A DNA stretch of 64,000 nt, counting the filler, from Stramenopiles sp. TOSAG23-3 (taxonomy: Eukaryota): assembly GCA_900128585.1 (NCBI GenBank). It is 18 parts of 18 records of this genome, joined end to end, with 100 filler letters (N's around TTAATTAATTAA, not from the genome) between each part and the next. Parts side by side here need not be neighbours in the genome. Positions count along the whole stretch, not along the records: positions 53,527 to 56,984 come from LT644212.1; positions 57,085 to 60,542 come from LT644213.1; positions 60,643 to 64,000 come from LT644275.1; 15 more parts are not named here. One strand, written 5' to 3'. Under the pieces are notes generated by a model, which did not search any database, was not told the origin of the DNA, and saw nothing but the letters and a program-made list of their open reading frames with translations. The position numbers were made by a program, and so were the translations under genes. Positions 53,790 through 64,000 of the stretch are shown here, in pieces. Each line of letters starts with the position of its first letter. Positions within the stretch are counted from its first letter, which is position 1.

Positions 53790-56681
53790 ATGGGGGCCGG
53801 GGCTTCTGCGGCTGAGTTCGATAGCCTGCTTCTCGAGCAATTGAAAGGAGGTGACTGTTTTTGTCCCGTGGCAGACAAAGTTGAAACTTCGGCTGTGAAG
53901 CTGCACTTTCTCGGTGGAAGCGGCGAGGACATTTCTGCGCCTGATGAAAAGTTGCCAGGTCTACCAGGCGCAAAGTCGTGGTTCTGCAAGTGTTTTGACG
54001 ATTCCGGGGGAACGTGGGATATGCACGTTCTCACAATTCCCTCGGGCGTCCAAGGCACGAAAAACATTGCACTCTTGCTTCACAGTTTTGTTGGAAAAAA
54101 TAGGTGCAGCGCACTGTTTGCCGAGTACTGTCCTCCCCTGGTAGAAGCGGGTTATGATATTGTTGCCATTGACTACCCAGGGTATGGGCGTTCGTGTGAC
54201 AAGTTGATACCTGCCCGATCAAACATTGACGGGGATTTGGTTCTTGCAGTCTTGAAAGCGTTCGGAGCCGAGCAGGACGGGACTGGGAAAACTGTGACTG
54301 TGGTCGGGGCAGGGGGTGGCTGCGGAACATTTGCCCAACTTTACGTAAAACATCCAAAGCTTTTTGGGGGGCACCACGTGTTCCACAACCCTGTTATGCT
54401 GCCACATCCAGATTTGGGAAAGGTCATGCTCAAGGAAGGGTGCGACATTTATGCCCTTCTGAGTGAAGGGTGGGACAGTAAAGATTACAACTGTAGCATT
54501 GTAAACTGTAAGCAATTTTTTGATGGGGTGTTTAAAGAGCTGGGGCCGGAAAGAATAATGATGCTGCCTCTTCGGTGGGAAGGGTCTATTTCAGCGGTGA
54601 AAGGAGATAAACCTGGAAATTACCTGATGGGATGCCGAATCAAAAAAGAGAATGTTTCGAAGGAGAAAGAGTTTTATGTGCTGCAACCGTCGAAAGAGTG
54701 CATAGAAGACATATTCCAGTATTTGAAGTCAAAACGACCGGCGCCAGTTAAAGAACCGGCCATTGCTACGGCACCGACACAGTCGGCACTGGAGCTTGGG
54801 ACTGCAAACGAAAATTTCAGAGTGTTTATACGCGTGCGACCGATGCTGAGCCGAGAACTTAGTGGGAATTCGGAGGCATGCGTACGCATTGAGGATGTGA
54901 AGGATTTTCCCAGGGACCCTCCCCCGCAAAGGATACACGTGGAAGACCCCTCTTTGGCTCGAGTCTCCCGAGGGCAATACGTTTTCGATAAAGTCTTTAT
55001 GGAAAAATCGACCCAGCAAGAAGTTTTCAAGTTTGTTGCGGCCCCTTTAATTCATGACCTAGTAAAAAAGCAGAAAAACGTCACCATGTTTGCGTACGGC
55101 CAAACAGGAACAGGGAAAACTTACACCATGGAGGGACCGACAGGAATCTCAGGCACAGGCGGCTTGGTTCGGTGTAGCATAGAGCTACTGTTTGACCTTA
55201 TTCGGTCCGACCAAGCCAACCTCGAGGTGTCCTATCAGTATGTCCAGTTGTACGGAGGCGATTGGCTCGATCTGTTGTCCCCACAGTCAAATTTAGAAAT
55301 GAAAGTAGAAGAAATGAAGGGAAACGGAAACGTCCTATCCACTCGTATCAAGGGGGCCACGATTAAGAAAGCAGGAAGTGCAGAGGAAATATTATCAAAT
55401 GTAGAAAAGGGCGCATCCCATCGGGCAAGTGGAGCAACGAACATGAACAACGTCTCGTCGCGATCGCATGCTATTTTGATTGTATTCTTAAGCAACAACA
55501 CAAACTTGTACATGATTGATTTAGCAGGCAGTGAGCGCAACAAACGCTCTGGGGCGAGCGGGCAAAGAATGGTAGAAGCTACATCAATCAACGTAGCACT
55601 ATCCGCCCTTGGGCGAGTGGTAATCAACTTAGTCGAGAAAAATGGTAAACGGGGTCATGTGAGTTATTTAGATAACCCTTTGACCCATCTCTTGATGCCA
55701 GGGCTAGGAGGTAACTCAAAAACAGCATTAATTAGCTGCATCACTTCTGCTTCAGACTCACTTTCTGAGAGTCTTCAAACCCTTCGCTTTTCTGTCCAAG
55801 CGTCGCATGTAAAGAATAAAGTAGACGCGAAAGACGTAAAGGACCAAGCGAAAAAGGCAGATAATAAGATTGCCGCAAAAGGCAACGATCTAGTCTTGAA
55901 TGAAAATGGCAAAGGGGAAGTCCCAGTGCAGTGCGGTGAAAATGAAGCTACGGAAATTTTTGGATTTTGGAAGAACGACAGTGAAGCCCGGACCATTATT
56001 TTTATTCACGATTTTAAAAAGAAGCCAGAAGAATCGTATGGCTCTATCATTGATGCTCTAAAGCAGGTTGGAGAAGCTGATTCGGGCAAGTCGGTCCGAG
56101 TGTTGGCACCAACTTTCCACTACGAAAGCGAAAAGGTAGATGGCGATTACCACAGCACGGCCGTGCACAAGCAATTGCTGGCCATAATGGATTATCTTGG
56201 AATCCCAAAGGCAACCGTGGTGGGGCAAGATCTTGGGGGAGTTAATGCCGTCGACTTTCAGCTGCGGTACAAAGCACGCACAAATGGAGCTGTTGCACAA
56301 AATAAAATTATTGATTTAGACGCAAAGGGGTGGAAGAAAGCGTGCAAACGAGATCCTAGCTGGTCTATTAACTGCATGATGAACGTGTGGAACTGGTTTC
56401 TACCGTTTGAGAAAGAAGCCGTAAAGAAGAAGGAAAAGTACTTCAAAAAGTTCAAAGGACCTTGTACATTTCTGTGGCCGTTCGCGTTCAAGGGCCGTGC
56501 AATGCCAAAAGGAAATTCACCAACACATTACTTTGCCAAGAAAATACCCCCTATGATGAAAGGTCTAAAGATTGTTGACTCGTACAATAAAAGTCCCGAA
56601 GAACTTGCTAAATATATTTGTGATGTTGCAAAGGGTGGAAAGAAAGGTGGAAAGAAAAAAGGCAAAGCAAAGAAAAATTAG
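53790..56681 (+). CDS. Alpha/beta-hydrolase-like domain + kinesin motor + alpha/beta-hydrolase-like domain, with N-terminal MGAGAS
   Basis: LLLHSF...GYDIVAIDYPGYGRS; FRVFIRVRP, FAYGQTGTGKTYTM, SSRSHA, DLAGSER, ESLQTLRF; IIFIHDF...VLAP...MDYLGIPKATVVGQDLGG. Confidence 0.88.
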   Translation: MGAGASAAEFDSLLLEQLKGGDCFCPVADKVETSAVKLHFLGGSGEDISAPDEKLPGLPGAKSWFCKCFDDSGGTWDMHVLTIPSGVQGTKNIALLLHSFVGKNRCSALFAEYCPPLVEAGYDIVAIDYPGYGRSCDKLIPARSNIDGDLVLAVLKAFGAEQDGTGKTVTVVGAGGGCGTFAQLYVKHPKLFGGHHVFHNPVMLPHPDLGKVMLKEGCDIYALLSEGWDSKDYNCSIVNCKQFFDGVFKELGPERIMMLPLRWEGSISAVKGDKPGNYLMGCRIKKENVSKEKEFYVLQPSKECIEDIFQYLKSKRPAPVKEPAIATAPTQSALELGTANENFRVFIRVRPMLSRELSGNSEACVRIEDVKDFPRDPPPQRIHVEDPSLARVSRGQYVFDKVFMEKSTQQEVFKFVAAPLIHDLVKKQKNVTMFAYGQTGTGKTYTMEGPTGISGTGGLVRCSIELLFDLIRSDQANLEVSYQYVQLYGGDWLDLLSPQSNLEMKVEEMKGNGNVLSTRIKGATIKKAGSAEEILSNVEKGASHRASGATNMNNVSSRSHAILIVFLSNNTNLYMIDLAGSERNKRSGASGQRMVEATSINVALSALGRVVINLVEKNGKRGHVSYLDNPLTHLLMPGLGGNSKTALISCITSASDSLSESLQTLRFSVQASHVKNKVDAKDVKDQAKKADNKIAAKGNDLVLNENGKGEVPVQCGENEATEIFGFWKNDSEARTIIFIHDFKKKPEESYGSIIDALKQVGEADSGKSVRVLAPTFHYESEKVDGDYHSTAVHKQLLAIMDYLGIPKATVVGQDLGGVNAVDFQLRYKARTNGAVAQNKIIDLDAKGWKKACKRDPSWSINCMMNVWNWFLPFEKEAVKKKEKYFKKFKGPCTFLWPFAFKGRAMPKGNSPTHYFAKKIPPMMKGLKIVDSYNKSPEELAKYICDVAKGGKKGGKKKGKAKKN

Positions 56682-56850
56682 AAGAACAAATGTTATAAAT
56701 GAGAGAAGAATTTGATCTGATCCGTGCGCATTTTTCCAAAAAATCAATTTTTTCGTTGAAGCTGAACTCATAAAAATTTTAAAAAAGTAAACTTAATCAC
56801 ATTAGCATTTTTACAATTTTTTTAAAAAGCAAGAAAATTGTAATTACTAC

Positions 56851-56912
56851 AACAAGAAAATTGGCTGTATAAAATTAATGTACTGCGAACTGAACTCTAA
56901 ATTTAGACATTC
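56851..56912 (+). repeat. Extended 3'-flank repeat copy
   Basis: AACAAGAAAATTGGCTGTATAAAATTAATGTACTGCGAACTGAACTCTAAATTTAGACATTC. Confidence 0.9.
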
Positions 56913-57085
56913 AAGGTTTACATTCCTTCATGTGACCATTTTTTTTATTTTAAAACAAATTAATGGCGTTTATGTAGGTATTTGNNNNNNNNNNNNNNNN
57001 NNNNNNNNNNNNNNNNNNNNNNNNNNNNTTAATTAATTAANNNNNNNNNNNNNNNNNNNNNNNNNNNNNNNNNNNNNNNNNNNNT

Positions 57086-57161
<76 letters not shown>

Positions 57162-57980
57162 AAGAAGAACGGATGTGATGGCCAATCATTAGTTCAATAG
57201 TGCCACTGTATTAAGCTTCAGCTTCAGCTTGAAACTTTATTATTTATTTATTTATACAGACTATTGGCATGGTGGACGGATGGACGTATCCTTTCTTCCG
57301 TATTTATTTTTCAATGCTTAAATGCTGCATTCTGGTGCTTCATATTCTATTGTTTTGAAAATACACACCACCATTCCTCCTTTCATGTTTTATTGATGGT
57401 TGAGAAGAGGTAGAGCTGGACAAAATACGACACGATTAAGGATATATCAATTTGGTATTATATATGCTGTGTGTATATATATAGGTATATATCGTTTTAG
57501 ACTAAAATAGTTTTTTTAATTCTATATGGTTATTCTTAATATCAAAAAGTGACAAAGTATACCTCTCTACAGATACAGGCCTTATCACTTCGAAGAGTGT
57601 CACCGTTATCCCAGAGGGACATATCCTTAATTGTGGCTTATCTTCTCTTTTTCCAGTTTTAAGAAGAAAGATGAGGAAAGAGAAGAAGAAGAAGAAGAAG
57701 AAGAAGAAAAAAAAATAATAATAATAAAATATTTATTATTAAAATTATTATTAAAATGTGATGGTGGTGGTGGTGGCTAATAAGTTTTACCGACACCTAC
57801 AATAACAATTTACATCCCGCATATATAAAAATTAAAAAAGAAATTGGTGTATGTACATATGTATGTTCTATTCATTAAATTTTTACAGATCCAAGAACGG
57901 AAGAGAGAAAGGGAGAGAGAGAGGAAGATTTATTGTCTATCAATTTGACAAAGAAACATAGCAAGAACGACCACCCTACC

Positions 57981-60413
57981 ATGTCCCTTGATATTACTCG
58001 CGCGCCCGATGCCGACGTTGAGGTCTGCTACAACGTAGCCGGGGTGTTGAAGAAATCGTTGGCGCTGGGCCGACACACAGTTGACGTGACAAACGTCTCC
58101 CAGCCGTGCCTAAAAGTCAGCCCCGAGTGTTCCATATCTGGCTCAGTCTCCATCGCGAGGTACCTAGCCGAGACTGCCGAAGGCAGCAAGCTGAAGGATG
58201 GCCTCGAGGACGTGAAAATTTTGCAGTGGTTGGAGTGGGCGCAAAACTCACTTCGCCCGGCGTTGATCACGCTGGAGGACAAGGGGGTGCCCGTGGGGAT
58301 CTTGCAGCGAACCGTCGTTCAACGCGCAAGTTTTAAAAAAAAACGGGCCGCCACCGTGGAAAGCTTGGAAAACGCGCTGGCCTACTTGCAGGACAACATG
58401 GGAGAGACCGCCGTCGTTGGGAAAGCGATGTCCTTGGCAGACTACGTCGTGGGGGCGTACGCCTGCAACGCGCTGAAAATGTTGGGCGGGGAGAGCACAA
58501 AAACGTTCGAAAAGTTGCAGAAATGGGCGGACAATGTAGCCCCATCGTCTCGTGTTGTAGATCCAATCGTCAAGGCGAAGAAAACTTTGGAGAAGGTGGA
58601 GTCCAAGCTGCGCCCGAAGCCCATCGTGAACGGCATGGAGTCCCGGATTGAGGCCGTTTTTACCAAGGCCCTTCACAAAGCTTTCCCGATGGTTTCGGAA
58701 AAAGTCCCGGTGGCGAAAGTGACCGCGTCGGACCGTGGCGCGGAGTACCAGTGCACCAGCGCCATGTCCGTGTTCAAGATCCTGAAAGGGATGGAGGGGG
58801 GCATGGACGCGTTGGAAAAGTTTTCCCCAAGCCCCAGGGGCGCGGCGGACGCCATCGTCGCCGCGTTCGAAAACGACGCGTCGATCGCGTCGCTCGACAT
58901 CTCCGGCGCCGGTTTCATCAACATTCACCTGGACAAGGAATGGGCTGCACGCGCCATCACTGCCCTGGTCTTTGAGGCGCCCGTCTCCCGCCCTGCCAAG
59001 AAGAGGCGCGTGTGCGTAGACTTTTCTTCCCCAAACATTGCGAAGGAAATGCACGTGGGCCACTTGAGATCCACTATTATTGGGGAAACGATCTGCCGAA
59101 TATTGGAGCACGCGGGGCACGATGTTCTGCGCATCAACCACACCGGTGACTGGGGAACGCAGTTCGGTATGCTTCTGACGCACATGCGAGACACTTACCC
59201 GGACTTTATCGAGCGCCCTCCGTCCATCAGCGATTTGAACACGTTCTACAAAGCCTCCAAGGTGAGGTTCGACGCCGAGCCAGAATTCAACAAGCGCGCA
59301 CACGAGGAGGTGGTCGCGCTTCAAAGCGGCAACCCTTCGTCCCGCGCTGGGTGGCAGGCGTTCTGTGACGTCAGCAGGGAGCAGTACATGCGCGTGTACT
59401 CCCGCCTGGACATTGTGACGGAAGAGTGCGGGGAATCGTTTTACAATGACATCATCCCCGGGGTCGTTTCTGAGTTGAAAGCCAAGGGTCTTTTGGAGGT
59501 GCAGGACGGTGCCACGATCGCGTGGGTGAAGGACGCGATCAATTACCCGCTCTTTCTTCAGAAGAGCGACGGTGGGTACGGCTACGACTCCACGGACAGT
59601 GCAGCGATATGGTACCGAACCCAAAAGTTGAACGCCGATTGGTTGATCTATGTCACCGACCTCGGCCAGGAGTCCCACTTTCGCGGCATTTTCAGCCTGG
59701 CCAGAAAAGCTGGGTGGCTCGGGGAAGCCGGCGCGGACGGCTCTTCCCGGGTAGACCATGTTGGGTTTGGGGTTGTGCAGGGGAAAGACGGGAAGCGGTT
59801 CAAGACCCGCTCCGGCGAGACGGTGCGGTTGGTAGATCTGTTGGACGAGGCAAAGAACCGTGTGACGAAGATTTTGGAAGACAGGGTTTCCAAGGGGGAG
59901 ACGTACATCCACGCGGATGAAGTCGACGAATGTTCTGGGGCAATAGGTTACGGTGCAGTCAAGTACGCCGATTTGAGCAGCAACCGGCAGAAGGATTACA
60001 AGTTTGACTACGATGCCATGTTGAATCTGACCGGGGACACGGCCGTGTATTTGTTGTACGCGCACGCCCGGCTGGTTTCCATCATTCGCAAGTCTGGCCA
60101 AGACCCTCGACAGATCGTCCTTGCCGGGCAAGGAAAGTGTTTGGTGCCAGTCGAAGAGAAGGAGGAGTGGCAGCTAGTGAAGCATCTGCTCATGTTCCCG
60201 CAGGTAATGGACGAGATTTTAATAGATTTAATGCCCCACCGTCTGTGCCAATACCTTCTGGAACTTTCAACGTTGGTCAACTCGTTCAGTAGGGAGTGCC
60301 GCGTGCTGAAGTCAGAAAAGCAGTCCCAACGTATTTTGCTGTGCGAAGCCGTGGCCGTGACGATGCGAACGGCGTTCACCTTGCTGGGGATCCAGCCGCT
60401 TATGAGGCTGTGA
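57981..60413 (+). CDS. RARS1: Arginyl-tRNA synthetase with N-terminal GST-C-like extension
   Basis: VDFSSPNIAKEMHVGHLRSTIIG, NHTGDWGTQFGML, KSDGGY.Y, FKTRSGETVRLVDLLDE, GDTAVYLLYAHAR, LLGIQPLMRL. Confidence 0.96.
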   Translation: MSLDITRAPDADVEVCYNVAGVLKKSLALGRHTVDVTNVSQPCLKVSPECSISGSVSIARYLAETAEGSKLKDGLEDVKILQWLEWAQNSLRPALITLEDKGVPVGILQRTVVQRASFKKKRAATVESLENALAYLQDNMGETAVVGKAMSLADYVVGAYACNALKMLGGESTKTFEKLQKWADNVAPSSRVVDPIVKAKKTLEKVESKLRPKPIVNGMESRIEAVFTKALHKAFPMVSEKVPVAKVTASDRGAEYQCTSAMSVFKILKGMEGGMDALEKFSPSPRGAADAIVAAFENDASIASLDISGAGFINIHLDKEWAARAITALVFEAPVSRPAKKRRVCVDFSSPNIAKEMHVGHLRSTIIGETICRILEHAGHDVLRINHTGDWGTQFGMLLTHMRDTYPDFIERPPSISDLNTFYKASKVRFDAEPEFNKRAHEEVVALQSGNPSSRAGWQAFCDVSREQYMRVYSRLDIVTEECGESFYNDIIPGVVSELKAKGLLEVQDGATIAWVKDAINYPLFLQKSDGGYGYDSTDSAAIWYRTQKLNADWLIYVTDLGQESHFRGIFSLARKAGWLGEAGADGSSRVDHVGFGVVQGKDGKRFKTRSGETVRLVDLLDEAKNRVTKILEDRVSKGETYIHADEVDECSGAIGYGAVKYADLSSNRQKDYKFDYDAMLNLTGDTAVYLLYAHARLVSIIRKSGQDPRQIVLAGQGKCLVPVEEKEEWQLVKHLLMFPQVMDEILIDLMPHRLCQYLLELSTLVNSFSRECRVLKSEKQSQRILLCEAVAVTMRTAFTLLGIQPLMRL

Positions 60414-60642
60414 GAGGGGGCTCGGCGTACGCCGTCCTTGAAGAGGTACGTATGGCAAGGGAGAGAAGGGAACGTGTTTCGCACCACCACATGATAACTT
60501 TAAAATACCAGAAGTAACTATGATATTATGATATGATGATATNNNNNNNNNNNNNNNNNNNNNNNNNNNNNNNNNNNNNNNNNNNNTTAATTAATTAANN
60601 NNNNNNNNNNNNNNNNNNNNNNNNNNNNNNNNNNNNNNNNNN

Positions 60643-63600
60643 ACCTTGGCGACGTTGTCGTTGTGGGCTGCGGACCCAATGGCCCTGGCCGCGTGCTGCT
60701 GGACGGTCGTCGAGGTGTCGCCAAGAAGCTCAATGAGGAGATCAAGCCCGTCGAGGTTGTCGAATGCTACCCTTCTTCGGTTGCTCTCGTTGTAAAATAG
60801 AGCGTTCGCAACGCAGATAATTGCATTGCCGCGCACGTCATCGTGCTTTGAGTTCAGCATCTGGAGCAGGCGAGGCATGTGAAACCCAATCCGTTCCTGG
60901 TTGGATGCACTCCACGCAAGGTTTCCAAGAGCCCATGCAGCATTTGCTTGCACGACTCGATCTTGCTCCGCCGCGAGAATGAACAAGGCGTCGATCCCAC
61001 CCTTCGAACCAATCTCAATGCGATTCTGGTCGTTCTGGGCGATGTTTCCGAGGACAAGGGCAGAACTTCTCTGCACGGACAGGTTCTTGGATGTGCACAA
61101 CAGTACGAGCGGCCGGATGCCGCACGCTCGGACACGCTCCGCATTTTCGTGGGAGTCGTTTCGTGTAGCATTGACGAGGGCTTCCGCGGCATTGGCCTGT
61201 ACGCGCTCGCCATCATTCAGGTCTGCCGTTCTTCCGCTGTTTACCAGCCGTACCAACGCTTCGATGCCACCGCAGATGCCAATGCGCAGAGAGTTCGCCT
61301 CGTTCCTGCGGGCGAGGTTACCCAGGGCGGCTGCGGAGTTCTCAAGAACGTCTATGTCAGTGTCCTTTCGCGCGCATAGCGCTACGAGCGCTTCTACGGC
61401 CCCACAGTCGCCGAGCTGGCTTTGGTTGGAAGGGTTCTCGAACGCCATGTTGCCTATTGCTGCCGCTGCATTTCGCTGAACTTCGGCGATGCGCTCCTCG
61501 TCCAGGAGCTCCACCAACGTCGGCGCGCACTCCTGAACCTGCTCAAGCTTCTCCCTGTTAGAAACGTTCAGTGCCAACACTGCAATTGCATCCGTAGCGT
61601 ACCGCTGCAGCGACGGGTCATTTTGCTGACACAGATGGACGAGTGAAGACAGTGCCCCGTGCGTCGAGCCAATGGCGCTCTGGTTATCCTCATGGGGCCC
61701 AGTATTTGCAACGACGTCGTCCACTTGCTCTACCCTAACCTTTTTCGAGTTCGGGGCGGCGTGCCTGTAGTCAGGCGTGGGATGCCCGACAACAGTCTGG
61801 CCCTCCCGTAGAACTTCCGCATCGCGGGCCGCCCGAGACTTTGCCGAAAGACTCGACACAAAAGCAGCCTTCAATAAGCGCACGGTCCGATTGGCAAGCG
61901 AAAACGCTTCTGCTTTGTTGCTTTGGAATGCCTTCATGGCCTGCTTCTCAGCCTTGATTATGCCAAGCCTCTCCTTCTCGCCCAAGTCAAACCTCCATTT
62001 TTCAGCAGCCGATACTCGGCCAGTCCAGGACGACCACGCATCTCGGGCTCGGCGGCTGACGACCCGGTGATCCACGTGGCCGTTCCACGACACGGCGGCC
62101 AACGCTTTTGATGCAAGAGGCTTCAGCTCCTTGCGTCCGCAATCACGGTTGATCATAGCAGCCAACACCCCCACCCCACCATTCATTGCAATCTGATCGT
62201 TGTGCTGTCTCGACACCCCAGCAAGTTGCGAAATGGTCTCTGCGAAAAACAGAAAAGCGGAGTCAACATCCATGCGAATTTGCCTCGCCGTCTCGTCGCG
62301 TTGCCAGATGTTCCATCGCAGTTCTCTTTCAAGGTCGGCATGCTTTGCGGCCGCAATATTCATCTGCTTCAAGACCTTCTGCTTCTCTTTCTCTTTCACT
62401 AAGATTTCCCTTTTCAAAGAATTTACCCACTGCAGCCGGCGATCGGACTGGGATATGTGAAATTCAAGCTGTTGCGTCAGCCCATCCCTCTCTTTTTCCC
62501 AGGCATTATGCTCGGCGATGCGAAGAAGCTCGATTCGCTTGGCCTCCGCCCGCATTCGACCGATCTGGACCTGTAAAGATTGTACCCACTTCTTTCTGCG
62601 CTCTGCTACCTTCTCCAACTCCTCCATTTTGGCAGTCATCTCACTTATCTTCTTTGCATGAGCCTCGGCCATCCGCATAATCTCGGCATCCTTCTCTTTT
62701 CTCAGAGTTTCCATCGCATCCTTCGTAGCCATGACAACGTCTTTAAGGTAATTTATGGAGCGAGTGCTGGACATTCTCAGAGCACTAAGCTCACTCTCAA
62801 ACATTTGCTTTGTAGCCTCTAGCTGGTTCATTCGGGCATCTAAGCGGCTCTGCAAATCTTTGATCTTGTCTTTCGATTCTTTGTCCGTCTTCTTAGCCTC
62901 TTTCTGAACCTCGTCCAAAGTAGTCCTCGTGAGACTCAGCTGCCCCTCAATCTGCTGGACTTCGTTGTCAGCCAGCCACTGACCAGCGTACCCATCCAGC
63001 GTGTCGACCGCCTCTTGGATCATCCCCAGCTCTCTCTTCCGCGCGCCAACACGGATGGACTCCTTTGTTTGCACGGAAGATTGCACCTCTTCAATCTTGT
63101 CCTCTTCCAGGATTACGCGCACAGCAGTGCGCAACGGTGGTGCCCCTTCCTGGACTATTTCAAACTTGAGTGGGGCCGAAAATGCAGCAACACAGACGTC
63201 GTTCAGCACATCTAGGGCCGCATCGTATGCATCTGGCAAGTCCCCGCAAGGGTTTGCATACTTTTTGAAGGAAGAGCAGTAGTCATACTCTGTATTTAAG
63301 AGCCTACGGTTCTCTCGAAAAACGCTTCGTTCCAGCTCACAGTGCCACGCTGACAGCGCAGTACTTTCCTTTTGCTGCTCTTTAAAGACCTTTCGTATTT
63401 CTGAAATTCGTTCATCGCCCATGGCCAAAGTTACTTCGTACCGAGAATTCTGTTGGCGTATGATATCCCGTCGTTCTTCTGCCAAGCGTCTGCGAGTATC
63501 CATTTCAGAATGAAACCGCCGACGCACATACCGAAGAATCCTATCGGATTCTCTGAGTACACGGTCCAGGTTGTCTTCCATAGCCGCTTCCTCCAACGGA

Positions 63601-64000
63601 TTACCTGCATCGATTACCTTCTGTTTTGCCCGGGCAACCCTATCCTCAGCATTTCGTGCAAGCAGGACCAGCTCTTCCTTCGTTTGCTTACTTCTGTCCA
63701 CAGCCTTGACGATCCAAAATTTCAGGTTCTGTGCTATTTTGTACAACCGGTTTGTTTGCCCCAGACGTCTGTTTAGAGAATCGACTTCTTCGTTTACAAA
63801 GGCCAACTTGTTGGAAAGCATTTGTGATGCACCAGCTGAGTTATTGTATCGCCGCTCGAGTATGTTGAGTTTGTTGGTTTCCACTTGAACGTATCTTCGC
63901 AGCGCCTTCAGTGACACCCGCCTGCTTTCTTGGTGGAGTTCGAAACGATCTTTCACCGTTCTTACCTGAAACATTTGTCCCAAACTCGCACGGGCTATGG
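60643..64000 (-). CDS. Large coiled-coil + armadillo-repeat protein; both ends truncated
   Basis: >1100-codon ORF; repeated AAAAIGNMA..N..NQ....GAVEALV ARM units after a long coiled coil. Confidence 0.88.

Noticed and set aside
58248-60131. 627-codon antisense ORF opposite ArgRS (tempting sense/antisense synthetase idea)
   Set aside because: It is the codon-registered shadow frame of a GC3-rich gene, starts at a non-ATG codon and shows no recognisable motifs.
3480-60642. Regularly spaced TTAATTAATTAA palindromes every ~3.57 kb, and apparent gene clustering (e.g. several kinesin/cilia genes)
   Set aside because: Artificial spacers joining length-sorted contigs; neither periodicity nor neighbourhood is biological.
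1-64000. Non-standard genetic code, selenocysteine readthrough, tRNA/rRNA genes, CRISPR arrays
   Set aside because: Conserved genes end at expected positions with TAA, TAG and TGA; no RNA gene or repeat-spacer array was recognisable by eye (tRNAscan/Infernal not run).

Overview
This window is not contiguous DNA. It is 18 unlinked ~3.46-3.48 kb contigs, sorted by decreasing length and joined by artificial 100-nt spacers (N44-TTAATTAATTAA-N44), so gene order across spacers means nothing. The DNA is eukaryotic and from a ciliated/flagellated protist (BBS2, TBCK, kinesins, Sec14, NIPA, kish, cytosolic-type ArgRS); stramenopile-like affinity is only an inference. Genes are GC-balanced and essentially intron-free, with very AT-rich, microsatellite-rich intergenic DNA. 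Main points: (1) a dispersed repeat with a fixed end (TTAAAAACAAGAAAATTGGCTGTTATTTAAGTAATTAAAATT...) sits just 3' of many unrelated genes in a constant orientation and traces to the end of a decayed OTU-protease-encoding multicopy element; (2) two kinesin motor domains in tandem are joined by a -1 frameshift at an A8 run, on a contig bounded by perfect 79-bp inverted repeats; (3) a putatively myristoylated alpha/beta-hydrolase-kinesin-alpha/beta-hydrolase protein; (4) EF1B-DUF445 and GST-like-ArgRS fusions; (5) candidate upstream GGTAC and CGTCGTCG promoter motifs. All domain calls are by-eye motif recognition, not database searches.
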